A DNA stretch of 24,000 bases from Pigmentiphaga sp. H8 (GCF_003854895.1 NZ_CP033966.1:1722689-1746688), one strand, 5' to 3'. Shown: positions 13,457 to 20,812, counted from the first letter of the stretch. Numbers and translations: made by a program. Notes: a model not told the origin generated them from the sequence alone.

Positions 13457-14431
13457 TCAGTTCACCGAAACGTTGAACTCCTTGATCAGCTTGGCCCACT
13501 CGCCGGCCTCGCGCTGCATCGATTGCCCGAAGGCGTCCGCGCTCACGAAGGCCGGCTCCAGCCCTTGGTTGCGCAGCCATGCCGTCACCTCGGGATCGCG
13601 CAGCACCGTCTGGATGTCGGCGTGCAGCTTGTCGATAATCGGCCGCGGCGTGCCGGCCGGCGCCAGGATGCCGAACCAGCCCCCCTCGCGCAGGCGGGGG
13701 AAGCCCAGCTCGGTGAATGTCGGGACTTCGGGCAGGACCTTCGAGCGCTTGGGCGCCAGCACCGCCAGGGCGCGTACCTTGCCTTCACGGATATGCGGCA
13801 GGGCGGTGCCGACCGAGTTGAAGCTCGATTCCACGTGTCCGCCCAGCATGTCGGCCAGCGACAGCGCCTCGCCCTTGTAGGGAACCGGCAGCACTTCCAT
13901 GCCGGCTCCCTGGCCAAGGATCAGGCTGTAGAAATGAAAGCTCGAGCCGGTGCCGAAGTTGCCCACGCCCAGCGGCTTGCCGCGCGTCTTCACGCCTTCG
14001 ACCAGTTGCGCGAGCGTCTTGTAGGGGGAGTCGGCGCGCACCACGAAGACGGTTTCCGTGTCGACCAGTTGCGCGACGGGGGTGAAGTCCTTGATGGGGT
14101 CGTAGGGCGTTTCGGGATACAGCAGCTTGACCATGCCGTGCGAGACGAAGGTCGACAGCAGGGTATAGCCGTCCGGGGCGGCGCGGGCGACGATTTCCGC
14201 GCCTATCCGCGTCGTGCCGCCGGGGCGGTTCTCGACCACGACGGGCTGTTTCCATTTCTTGTTCAGATGGTCCGCAAGCAGCCGGGTGATCCGGTCGGGG
14301 CTGCTGCCTGGCGGCCCGGGCAGGACGATGCGGATCGCCTTGTCCGGCCAGGACTGGGATTGGGCATGGGCGGGAGCGGCGGCGACGGCCAGGGCGCATG
14401 CCCAGGTCAGGTGGAACCAGCGATGCTTCAT
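13457..14431 (-). CDS. Bug-family (TctC-like) periplasmic substrate-binding protein
   Basis: The long ORF 13457..15100 is an artefactual extension. The ATG at 14431 is preceded by GAGGAGACACCCC. This gives 324 aa starting with the signal peptide 'MKHRWFHLTWACALAVAAAPAHA'. Family blocks: 'VVENRPGGTTRIGAEIVARAAPDGYTLL' and 'VPYKGEALSLADMLGGHVE'. Confidence 0.88.
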   Translation of the reverse strand: MKHRWFHLTWACALAVAAAPAHAQSQSWPDKAIRIVLPGPPGSSPDRITRLLADHLNKKWKQPVVVENRPGGTTRIGAEIVARAAPDGYTLLSTFVSHGMVKLLYPETPYDPIKDFTPVAQLVDTETVFVVRADSPYKTLAQLVEGVKTRGKPLGVGNFGTGSSFHFYSLILGQGAGMEVLPVPYKGEALSLADMLGGHVESSFNSVGTALPHIREGKVRALAVLAPKRSKVLPEVPTFTELGFPRLREGGWFGILAPAGTPRPIIDKLHADIQTVLRDPEVTAWLRNQGLEPAFVSADAFGQSMQREAGEWAKLIKEFNVSVN

Positions 14432-14463
14432 GGGGTGTCTCCTCGGTGGTGTTCGTCGTGTAA

Positions 14464-15309
14464 TCAATGGTGGCGCAGGAAGTCGTGGACGCTGCGGTTG
14501 AATCGGTCCGGGGCTTCGAGTTTGAGCAGATGGCCGCAACCCGCGAATGTTTCGAGCGCGGCGCCGTCCAGGGCGCCGCGCAGGCGCTCGGCATGTTCGA
14601 CGGGCGGTGCGACGCGGTCTTCCCCGCCCGCCAGGATCAACGTGGGCACATGGACGGCGGCCGCCAGGGCAAGCGCGTCGCAGTCGAACAGCATGTGCGT
14701 GGCCTGTGCCAGTCCCGCCGGGTGCACCGCCGCCTGCAGTTCCCCGAAGCGCCGGACCACCAGCGTGTCCGGGGCGGGGCCCAGGAAGCGGGGGGCGCGT
14801 TCCTCGGGTGTCTGGACCCTGGCCGCGGGCGAAAGCCGTTCGGCCATGCGCCGGGTGCGCTCGTCCAGAGGGAGGTGGGCGTAGCCCCGGGTCGGCACCG
14901 ACAGCACCATGGCCCGTGTCCGCTCCGGATATCGCCCGGCGAAGGCCTGGGCGATCAAGGTGCCCCAGGAACTGGCGACCAGATGCACGCGGTCCAGGGA
15001 CAAGGCGTCCAGCAGGGCGGCGAGCACTGCGGCGTAGGCATGCACGTCCGGCGCCGGGGAGGCGAGCGGCGTGCTGGCGCCGAAGCCGGGAGCGTTCCAC
15101 GCGAGCAGCCGCAGTTGCGTGGACAGGCCGGCCAGTTGCGCACGATAGCCGGCCGAGCTCGATCCGATGCCGTGCAGCAGCAGGACCGCGTCGGCGCCAT
15201 GGCCCGTGTCGCGGTATTCCAGGGTGCTTCCCGAAGGCAGAAGCGCGTGCCGCAGCGGGGGCAGGTCCGATCCGAGCAGGCGCCGGTCCACGGCTGACAG
15301 GGCGGGCAT
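14464..15309 (-). CDS. Alpha/beta-fold hydrolase
   Basis: 281 aa. Oxyanion region 'VLLLHGIGSS'. Nucleophile elbow 'VASSWG' is an A-x-S-x-G variant of G-x-S-x-G. Candidate acid 'GGEDRV' and His 'GCGHLLKLE'. The start is 4 nt downstream of the stop of the preceding LLM gene, suggesting translational coupling. Confidence 0.85.
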   Translation of the reverse strand: MPALSAVDRRLLGSDLPPLRHALLPSGSTLEYRDTGHGADAVLLLHGIGSSSAGYRAQLAGLSTQLRLLAWNAPGFGASTPLASPAPDVHAYAAVLAALLDALSLDRVHLVASSWGTLIAQAFAGRYPERTRAMVLSVPTRGYAHLPLDERTRRMAERLSPAARVQTPEERAPRFLGPAPDTLVVRRFGELQAAVHPAGLAQATHMLFDCDALALAAAVHVPTLILAGGEDRVAPPVEHAERLRGALDGAALETFAGCGHLLKLEAPDRFNRSVHDFLRHH

Positions 15310-15313
15310 CGGA

Positions 15314-16342
15314 TCAGGCCTCCGTGGTCACGGGGCTGGCCAGCGCGGGCAGGACGAACTCCGCCATCAGTGCCGTCGAGCGCAGGGATTCGGCCAGGGT
15401 GAGATCGCCGAAAGCGAGGCGGCAGACGAAATAGTTGATGCCGGCCTGGTCCGCCGCTTCGGCGATCCAGTCCCGGACCGTGGCGGGCGAGCCGGCGATG
15501 CAAAGGCCGGCGCGTTGCGCGTCGTCGAAGTTGTCGGGAAAGGACAGGGTTCTGGGCAGGGTCCCGTGCTTGACCCACAGGTGCATCAGGTGCGTGTACC
15601 AGCGTCGGTACGCGCGCCGGGCCGAGTCCATCGCCTGCGCGTCGGTGTCGGCCACGACCACGTGCCGGCTCATGCCCAGGCAGGGGACGGCCTCGGCGGC
15701 ATGGCCCAGTTCCTGCCAGTGGAGGCGATACTGGTCGGTAATGGCGCGGACCTGCGTCGCGGGGCCGTTGCAGACGATGTTGATGGCGTTGGCCGCGGTC
15801 CATTGCGTGGCGGCCGGCGTGCCGGCGCCGTACCAGATCGGCGGGGTGGGCCGTTGCAGGCACTGCATTTCCACCGGTACGTCGCGCAGGTCGAAGTGCT
15901 TGCCCTGGAAATTCACGACGGGCTGGGTCAGTCCCTGCATGATGATCTGGTAGGACTCGTGGTAGATGCCCTGCGATTGCTCGGGATCGACGCCGTAGTA
16001 GCCCAGCTCGTAGGGCGAGATGCCGCGTCCGAACCCGACTTCGAGCCGGCCGTGGCTCAACTGGTCCAGCATGCAGATTTCTTCCATGACCCGCAGCGGG
16101 TGATGCATGCCCAGGGTGTAGACCAGCGGGCCGAAGCGCAGCCTGCGGGTGCGCTGGGCGACGGCGGCCAGATAGACGCTGGGCGACGGCGCGATGCCCA
16201 GAGGCGTCGAATGGTGCTCGGCGACATGATAGGCATGGAAGCCGCCCCGGTCGTAGGCTTCGGTCAGGATCAGCCTTTCTTCGTACTGCTGGGCGAGGGG
16301 GACGGTACCGCGGTCCATATGATCGAAAACGGCGAACTTCAT
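15314..16342 (-). CDS. Luciferase-like (LLM class) flavin-dependent monooxygenase/oxidoreductase
   Basis: 342 aa. 'MKFAVFDHMD...YHVAEHHSTPLGIAPSPSVYLAAVAQRTRRLRFGPLVYTLGMHHPLRVMEEICMLDQLSHGRLEVGFGRG' is the classic LuxA/LLM TIM-barrel N-terminal pattern. Confidence 0.85.
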   Translation of the reverse strand: MKFAVFDHMDRGTVPLAQQYEERLILTEAYDRGGFHAYHVAEHHSTPLGIAPSPSVYLAAVAQRTRRLRFGPLVYTLGMHHPLRVMEEICMLDQLSHGRLEVGFGRGISPYELGYYGVDPEQSQGIYHESYQIIMQGLTQPVVNFQGKHFDLRDVPVEMQCLQRPTPPIWYGAGTPAATQWTAANAINIVCNGPATQVRAITDQYRLHWQELGHAAEAVPCLGMSRHVVVADTDAQAMDSARRAYRRWYTHLMHLWVKHGTLPRTLSFPDNFDDAQRAGLCIAGSPATVRDWIAEAADQAGINYFVCRLAFGDLTLAESLRSTALMAEFVLPALASPVTTEA

Positions 16343-16405
16343 GGGATTTCCCTTGTAGGCGTGGAAAGCGGGCCGGCTCGAACCGGAGGCTAGGGAGAAC
16401 GGGCC

Positions 16406-16753
16406 CTAGCGGGCGAACAGCTGGAACACGGTGCCCGCGGGATCCGCGGCGGTGACGACCCGGCCATGGCCGCCCATGTCGCGTTGATCGAGTACCCGGC
16501 CACCCTGGGCCAGCACCCGGGCGCGGATGCCGTCCAGGTCGTCGCAGGCGAATACGAGTACCGCGCCGCGTGCATCGGGCGGGGCTTCCTGCGGCGCCGC
16601 CAGGGCGAAGCGGGATGCCCCCGCCTGGAACTCCGCCCAGCGGGAGCCGTCGGCGAAACGGGGAGCCAGTCCCAGCGCATCGCGGTAGAAGGCGCTCAGG
16701 GCGGCCATGTCGCGCGCGACGTGGTAGCCCATGCGTATCGAAGAAACCGTCAT
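16406..16753 (-). CDS. VOC (glyoxalase/bleomycin-resistance/dioxygenase) family protein
   Basis: 115 aa with GGAGGAAAG SD. 'YHVARDMAALSAFYRDALGL' and 'DMGGHGRVVTAADPAGTVFQL' match the paired beta-alpha-beta-beta-beta module pattern of single-domain VOC proteins. Confidence 0.75.
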   Translation of the reverse strand: MTVSSIRMGYHVARDMAALSAFYRDALGLAPRFADGSRWAEFQAGASRFALAAPQEAPPDARGAVLVFACDDLDGIRARVLAQGGRVLDQRDMGGHGRVVTAADPAGTVFQLFAR

Positions 16754-16775
16754 CGGTCTTTCCTCCAGATGGGTG

Positions 16776-17255
16776 TCAGGCGGCGCTGAACAGGCCGCTC
16801 TTGTAGAGCAGGGACAGATCGTCCCTGTCGGTCATGCCGACGATCTCGCCGATATAGAGCGTGTGGGTGCCGCCGTCGACGGCCTGGACCACCCTGCATT
16901 CGAACGTGGCCAGCGCATCGCGCAGCAGCGGCGCGCCGGTCTCGCCCTCGGTCCAGTCGCCGGTCTCGAAGCGCCCGCCCGGGGCGCCCGACGGCGAGGA
17001 GAAGGCGTGCGCGATGTCGGCCTGGCCATGGCTGAGGTAATTGACGCCGAAATAGCCCGCCTGTCCGATGGCGTCGTGGGCCCGGACCCGCTTGTTCACA
17101 CATACGAGCAATTGCGGCGGCTCGGCGCTGACGCTGCAGACGGCGGTGGCGGTCAGGCCCCGGCGTTCGCCCCGATGGGCGGCGCTGATGACCGTGACGG
17201 GGGCGGGAACCCGCCGCATGGCCGTCTTGAAGGCTGCGGAGTCGGACATACCCAT
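16776..17255 (-). CDS. Flavin reductase-domain protein (NAD(P)H:flavin oxidoreductase partner of two-component monooxygenases)
   Basis: The ORF extends to a TTG at 17276, but the ATG at 17255 has AGGAGA 7 nt upstream. 'FKTAMRRVPAPVTVISAAHRGERRGLTATAVCSVSAEPPQLLVCVNK' and 'THTLYIGEIV' are characteristic of the HpaC/RutF-type flavin reductase fold. Confidence 0.85.
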   Translation of the reverse strand: MGMSDSAAFKTAMRRVPAPVTVISAAHRGERRGLTATAVCSVSAEPPQLLVCVNKRVRAHDAIGQAGYFGVNYLSHGQADIAHAFSSPSGAPGGRFETGDWTEGETGAPLLRDALATFECRVVQAVDGGTHTLYIGEIVGMTDRDDLSLLYKSGLFSAA

Positions 17256-17269
17256 TAGGGTGTCTCCTA

Positions 17270-17288
17270 TATTCAATATTATTGAATA
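17270..17288. promoter_or_regulatory. Perfect inverted repeat TATTCAAT-ATT-ATTGAATA: candidate IclR operator overlapping a putative -10
   Basis: The 8-bp arms (17270-17277 and 17281-17288) are exact reverse complements. The repeat sits in the most AT-rich stretch of the window, 15 nt upstream of the flavin reductase ATG. On the minus strand its centre reads TAATAT (17281-17276), a -10-like hexamer. An IclR gene is transcribed divergently. Confidence 0.45.
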
Positions 17289-17419
17289 ATTTGATATTGT
17301 TAAATTTATCGTAGGCGGCGCGACGGCCCCCTGTCAAGAGGGGCCGGGGGGCGGCAGGTACAATCGGCGCCACGCTCGGCCCCACGCGGCGCGTATTTCC
17401 TGATCGGTCTATCGGATCC

Positions 17420-18232
17420 ATGACACCCATGAAGGCAGGCACCGCTCCGGCACCCGGCCCAGGGCCTCGGGGCATCCAATCCCTGGAAATCGGCTATCGC
17501 ATCCTGGTGGCCATCCAGATGGGCCCCGGCGCGGTGGCCTTGAAAGACATCGCGGCGCGCGCCGACATCACGGCCAGCGCGGCCCACAACTATCTCGCCA
17601 GCTTCGTGCGCGTCGGCATGGTCAAGAGCGACGGCCGCGGCCTGTACCGTCTGGGTCCCAGCCTGGCGGCGCTCGGCATGACCGCCGCCCGCGACGTCGA
17701 TCACTTCGAATTGGTGCGCGAGGCCGCCGTCGCGCTGAGCGAGGAAACCGGCCTGGGCGTGGCGGTGGTCATCTGGAGCAACGGCCCGGTCATCCTGGTC
17801 AACCAGTCGGCGGTGCGCGGCCGGGTCTTCGAGCTGCGCAACGGCCCGGTCGAAATGCTGCACACGGCCGCCGGCCATGTGTTCGCGGCGCATCTTGCCG
17901 ACCAGGCGGTGCTGCCCGTGCTCAAGAGGGAGTTGGAGGCGAATGGGCTGGCGCCCACGCCGCAGGAGGCCGAGGCCAGGCTCGCGGCCATGCGTGCCCC
18001 GGTACTGGAGCGGGGGTATTCGGTGGTGGAACTGCGTGCCTTGCCGACCTATCTGGCGGTCAGCGTGCCCGTGTGGAACGTGCACGGCGAGGTGGCCTAT
18101 GGCCTGACGATCACGTCGCCCATGTCGCTGCTGGACACGAGCAAGGACAGTACGCAGGTCCGGGCGCTACGGGAAAAGGGCAGGGCGTTGTCGCGCCTGC
18201 TGGGCGCGCCGGCCAGTCTCTGGGCCGAATGA
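17420..18232 (+). CDS. IclR family transcriptional regulator
   Basis: 270 aa. N-terminal wHTH 'IQSLEIGYRILVAIQMGPGAVALKDIAARADITASAAHNYLASFVRVGMVKSDGRGLYRLGPSL', followed by an IclR-type effector-binding domain of the usual length. No clear SD; an alternative ATG lies at 17429. Confidence 0.85.
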   Translation: MTPMKAGTAPAPGPGPRGIQSLEIGYRILVAIQMGPGAVALKDIAARADITASAAHNYLASFVRVGMVKSDGRGLYRLGPSLAALGMTAARDVDHFELVREAAVALSEETGLGVAVVIWSNGPVILVNQSAVRGRVFELRNGPVEMLHTAAGHVFAAHLADQAVLPVLKRELEANGLAPTPQEAEARLAAMRAPVLERGYSVVELRALPTYLAVSVPVWNVHGEVAYGLTITSPMSLLDTSKDSTQVRALREKGRALSRLLGAPASLWAE

Positions 18233-18264
18233 AGGCGTGCCGGGGGTTTGCCCCGGCACGCCTT
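18232..18264. terminator. GC-rich 14-bp perfect hairpin between convergent genes (candidate bidirectional terminator)
   Basis: AAGGCGTGCCGGGG (18232-18245), loop GTTTG, then CCCCGGCACGCCTT (18251-18264). It begins at the last base of the IclR stop codon and ends 20 nt before the DUF4148 stop. There is no U-tract on either strand. Confidence 0.45.
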
Positions 18265-18284
18265 GCGAAACAGCGGCTGTCTGC

Positions 18285-18608
18285 TTACAGGTTGGCGGGG
18301 TATTCGCCCGGGCCGCCGACGCGATTGGCCGCGTTGTATTCGTTGCGCTCCTGCCGGACCTGCGCGCGGTCAACCGGCTTGCTGGCTTGCTGGACGGTCT
18401 GGTCGGGGAAGCCTTCCTGGCCGTAGACGATGCCGCCGTTGGCCTTGGCCTGCGCCAGTTCTTCAAGGACCTGGGCGCGGGTCAACTGGGACGTGGTCGA
18501 GATGTCGGGGGGCGGAAAATCGTTGCCGTAGTTGTTGCCTTGGTCGGCATGGGCGGCGGCGCCGAACAGAGTCGCGGCGATCAGGGTGGTGTAGGCAATG
18601 GCTTTCAT
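18285..18608 (-). CDS. DUF4148-like small secreted protein
   Basis: The ATG at 18608 is preceded by TGGAGATATGCC. 107 aa with signal peptide 'MKAIAYTTLIAATLFGAAAHA', and 'LTRAQVLEELAQAKANG' plus 'VDRAQVRQE' repeats, as seen in DUF4148 proteins of Burkholderiales. Confidence 0.7.
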   Translation of the reverse strand: MKAIAYTTLIAATLFGAAAHADQGNNYGNDFPPPDISTTSQLTRAQVLEELAQAKANGGIVYGQEGFPDQTVQQASKPVDRAQVRQERNEYNAANRVGGPGEYPANL

Positions 18609-18768
18609 GGCATATCTCCAAAGTGTGGGGTGTCGGGCGGCTGGACGTCGTGTCAACCGCCGTGCTTTGAAGATGGGCGCGCAAGAATCCTTTTAAATAC
18701 CGAAGATTTGGAAATGACTTTTCCAGTTTCACCAACAATCGGATGTTTCGAAGGCGGGTGGTCGCCGG

Positions 18769-19986
18769 CTAGAGCGACAGCATTTCTTCGCCCTCGCGCG
18801 GCGCCGCGGCGTCGCGGGCGCCCCCCCGTTCCTGTCCGGATGCACAGGAGATCCGGTCGCGTCCCTGCCGCTTGGCGGCGTACAGCAGGATGTCGGCGCG
18901 GGCGAAAAGTTCGTACAGCGGTTCGTCCACCCGGGACTGCGCGATGCCGAAGCTGGCCGTCACGGAAAAATCGCCGCGCGGGTTTTCCAGGCGCGTCAGC
19001 GCCAGTTGCGCGCGTATGCGCTCGGCCACCTGGACCGCCCCGGCCGCCGGGGTGCCCGGCATCAGGATCGCGAACTCGTCGCCGCCCAGCCGCCAGGCCA
19101 TGTCGCCGGTGCGGGTGCAGTCGCGGATGATCCTTCCCATCTCGGCCAGCGTCGCGTCGCCCGCGGCGTGGCCATAGGTGTCGTTGATGGCCTTGAAGGT
19201 GTCCAGGTCCAGCAGCACCAGGCTGAACGGATACTCCGGGTGACGCTGCGGGCGGCCAAGGCTCAGGTCTTCGAAATTGCGGCGGTTCTTCAGTTGCGTG
19301 AGCGGGTCGGTAACGCGTTCGTGCTTGAGCGGCGCGATGATGTCGGACAGGGCGCTGGCGAACAGCGACCCGCCCAGCACCAGGACGAGGGCGGCGGGCG
19401 GAAGAGCCAGCAGCCAGGCGTTGGGCTGCACGAACTCGCCTGACTGGGGCGGGGTCGAGCCCGCGACCCAGGAAATGCCCAGGAACAGGCAGGCGCAAAC
19501 GAGCGGAAGCATCCAGTACAGGACCTGGTCGGCTATGCCCCCGCGGCGCAGCGTGCCCAGCCGCATCCAGGCCAGGAGCAGCAGCGCGCCCAGGCCGACG
19601 CCCAGCGTATAGGCGAACGCGGGGACGTCGTTCTGCATGATGTGGAAGTGCAGCAGCAGGACCAGGATGGCGATGCCCAGCGCGCCCAGCGGCGATCCGT
19701 CGGCGTCGATGCCGCAGCGCGCGAGCAGGCCGCGGGCAAGCAGCAGCGCGCTGCCCACGTAGAGCACGGCGGCGGCCAGGTCGTCGCCCGTCATATCGGC
19801 GTGATCGAAGATGCGCAACAGGGTACCGGCGGCGTAGACGGCGAAGGCGGCGGCGTACAGCAGCAGATAGGCGCGCGGACGCTCGTGGGCCCACAGGCAG
19901 GCGAAGCCCAGCGCGAACAGCAGGCACATCGCGGGATTGCCGAGCGCCAGGGCCTGGCTGGCGGTAAGTGGCAGGGACGAGTCCAA
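18769..19986 (-). CDS. Membrane-anchored GGDEF diguanylate cyclase with RxxD inhibitory site
   Basis: 405 aa from a TTG at 19986, which has AGGAG 7 nt upstream; an alternative ATG lies at 19929. The N-terminal ~220 aa is hydrophobic (about 6-7 TM) with no domain I recognise. The C-terminus reads 'LDLDTFKAINDTYGHAAGD...RTGDMAWRLGGDEFAIL', i.e. an intact GGDEF with the I-site RTGD five residues upstream. Confidence 0.85.
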   Translation of the reverse strand: MDSSLPLTASQALALGNPAMCLLFALGFACLWAHERPRAYLLLYAAAFAVYAAGTLLRIFDHADMTGDDLAAAVLYVGSALLLARGLLARCGIDADGSPLGALGIAILVLLLHFHIMQNDVPAFAYTLGVGLGALLLLAWMRLGTLRRGGIADQVLYWMLPLVCACLFLGISWVAGSTPPQSGEFVQPNAWLLALPPAALVLVLGGSLFASALSDIIAPLKHERVTDPLTQLKNRRNFEDLSLGRPQRHPEYPFSLVLLDLDTFKAINDTYGHAAGDATLAEMGRIIRDCTRTGDMAWRLGGDEFAILMPGTPAAGAVQVAERIRAQLALTRLENPRGDFSVTASFGIAQSRVDEPLYELFARADILLYAAKRQGRDRISCASGQERGGARDAAAPREGEEMLSL

Positions 19987-20119
19987 TTTGGCACTCCTGA
20001 ACGACCCGGTCTATGAAGCCTTGCCGGGACAGGTAGCCGTATCTTAGGAAGGGACGCCCAGGAATGAAACTGCTTGTAAAGAATCGTTCACGTTTGCGCG
20101 CGCGATGCCGCCAGGGTGT

Positions 20120-20812
20120 TCAGCCGGCGAAACGGTAGCCGACGCCGACCTCCGTCAGCAGGTAGGCCGGCTGAGCCGGGTCGGCCTCGAGTTTCTGCCT
20201 GAGATGGCCCATGTAGATGCGCAGATAATGGTTGTTGCCGACGTAGGCCGGACCCCACACCTCGCGCAGGAGTTCTCGGTGCGTCAGGACCTTGCCGCGG
20301 TGCGCCGCCAAAGTGGCGAGCAGGCGGTATTCGCGGTTGGTCAGGTGCACGGCCTCGCCGCCGCGGGTCACGGTGCGCCGGGCGAAATCCAGGGTGACTT
20401 CGCCGAAATGGATTTCCGCCGGCTGGCCGGCTCCCCCGCGCGCGTGCCGGCGCAGCAGGACCCGCACCCGCGCCAGGAGTTCGCCCACGCCGAAGGGCTT
20501 GCTCAGATAGTCGTCGGCACCGGCGTCCAGCGCGCCGATCTTGTCGCTTTCGGCGTCGCGGGCCGACAGCACCAGTACCGGCACTTCGGTCCAGCCGCGC
20601 AGCTCGGGGATCAGCGTCATGCCGTCGGCATCGGGCAGGCCCAGGTCCAGGATGACCAGGTCGGGGTGCCGGGTTCCGGCCTCGATCAGTCCGCGCTGCA
20701 CGGTCTCGGCCTCGAAGATCGCGGCGCCTTCGCCCTCCAGCGCGCTGCGAACGAAGCGGCGGATGGCCGCGTCGTCTTCGATGATCAGGATGTTGGGTCG
20801 GTAGTCGAACAT
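20120..20812 (-). CDS. kdpE: KdpE response regulator (OmpR family)
   Basis: The ATG at 20812 gives 230 aa, 'MFDYRPNILIIEDDAAIRRF...DLVILDLGLPDADG...LSARDAESDKIGALDAGADDYLSKPF'. The winged-helix C-terminus reads 'LTNREYRLLATLAAHRGKVLTHRELLREVWG...YLRIYMGHLRQKLE...GVGYRF'. It lies directly downstream of kdpD. The longer ORF to 23188 is an artefact. Confidence 0.92.
   Translation of the reverse strand: MFDYRPNILIIEDDAAIRRFVRSALEGEGAAIFEAETVQRGLIEAGTRHPDLVILDLGLPDADGMTLIPELRGWTEVPVLVLSARDAESDKIGALDAGADDYLSKPFGVGELLARVRVLLRRHARGGAGQPAEIHFGEVTLDFARRTVTRGGEAVHLTNREYRLLATLAAHRGKVLTHRELLREVWGPAYVGNNHYLRIYMGHLRQKLEADPAQPAYLLTEVGVGYRFAG

Noticed and set aside
13457-15100. N-terminal extensions in the ORF track: 13457..15100, 20120..23188, 2161..3255, 3185..4108, 4986..5387, 9752..12043, 1155..2138.
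   Set aside because: In each case an internal ATG with a Shine-Dalgarno-like sequence yields a protein with a normal family N-terminus (signal peptide, receiver domain, HTH and so on). The upstream extension is either low-complexity, overlaps the preceding real gene, or has non-coding-like third-position composition.
13457-17255. Interpretation of the LLM/flavin reductase/alpha-beta hydrolase operon as the Rut pyrimidine degradation pathway.
   Set aside because: RutB (isochorismatase-like), RutC (RidA), RutE and RutG equivalents are absent. The regulator is IclR rather than TetR-type RutR. The LLM sequence does not resemble RutA as far as I can recall it. Only the architecture is analogous.
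18709-18725. The TGGAAA-N5-TTTCCA dyad read as a sigma-54 -24/-12 promoter (TGG...TTTC).
   Set aside because: The -12 element lacks the conserved GC dinucleotide and the -24 element lacks the C-A-C. The dyad symmetry is a better explanation than an RpoN promoter.
20785-20812. The 28-nt overlap between the kdpD 3' end and the kdpE start, considered as an unusual feature.
   Set aside because: Overlapping or tightly coupled kdpD-kdpE junctions are the norm for this two-component pair. The kdpC-kdpD-kdpE order is conventional, and nothing else about the locus looks atypical.
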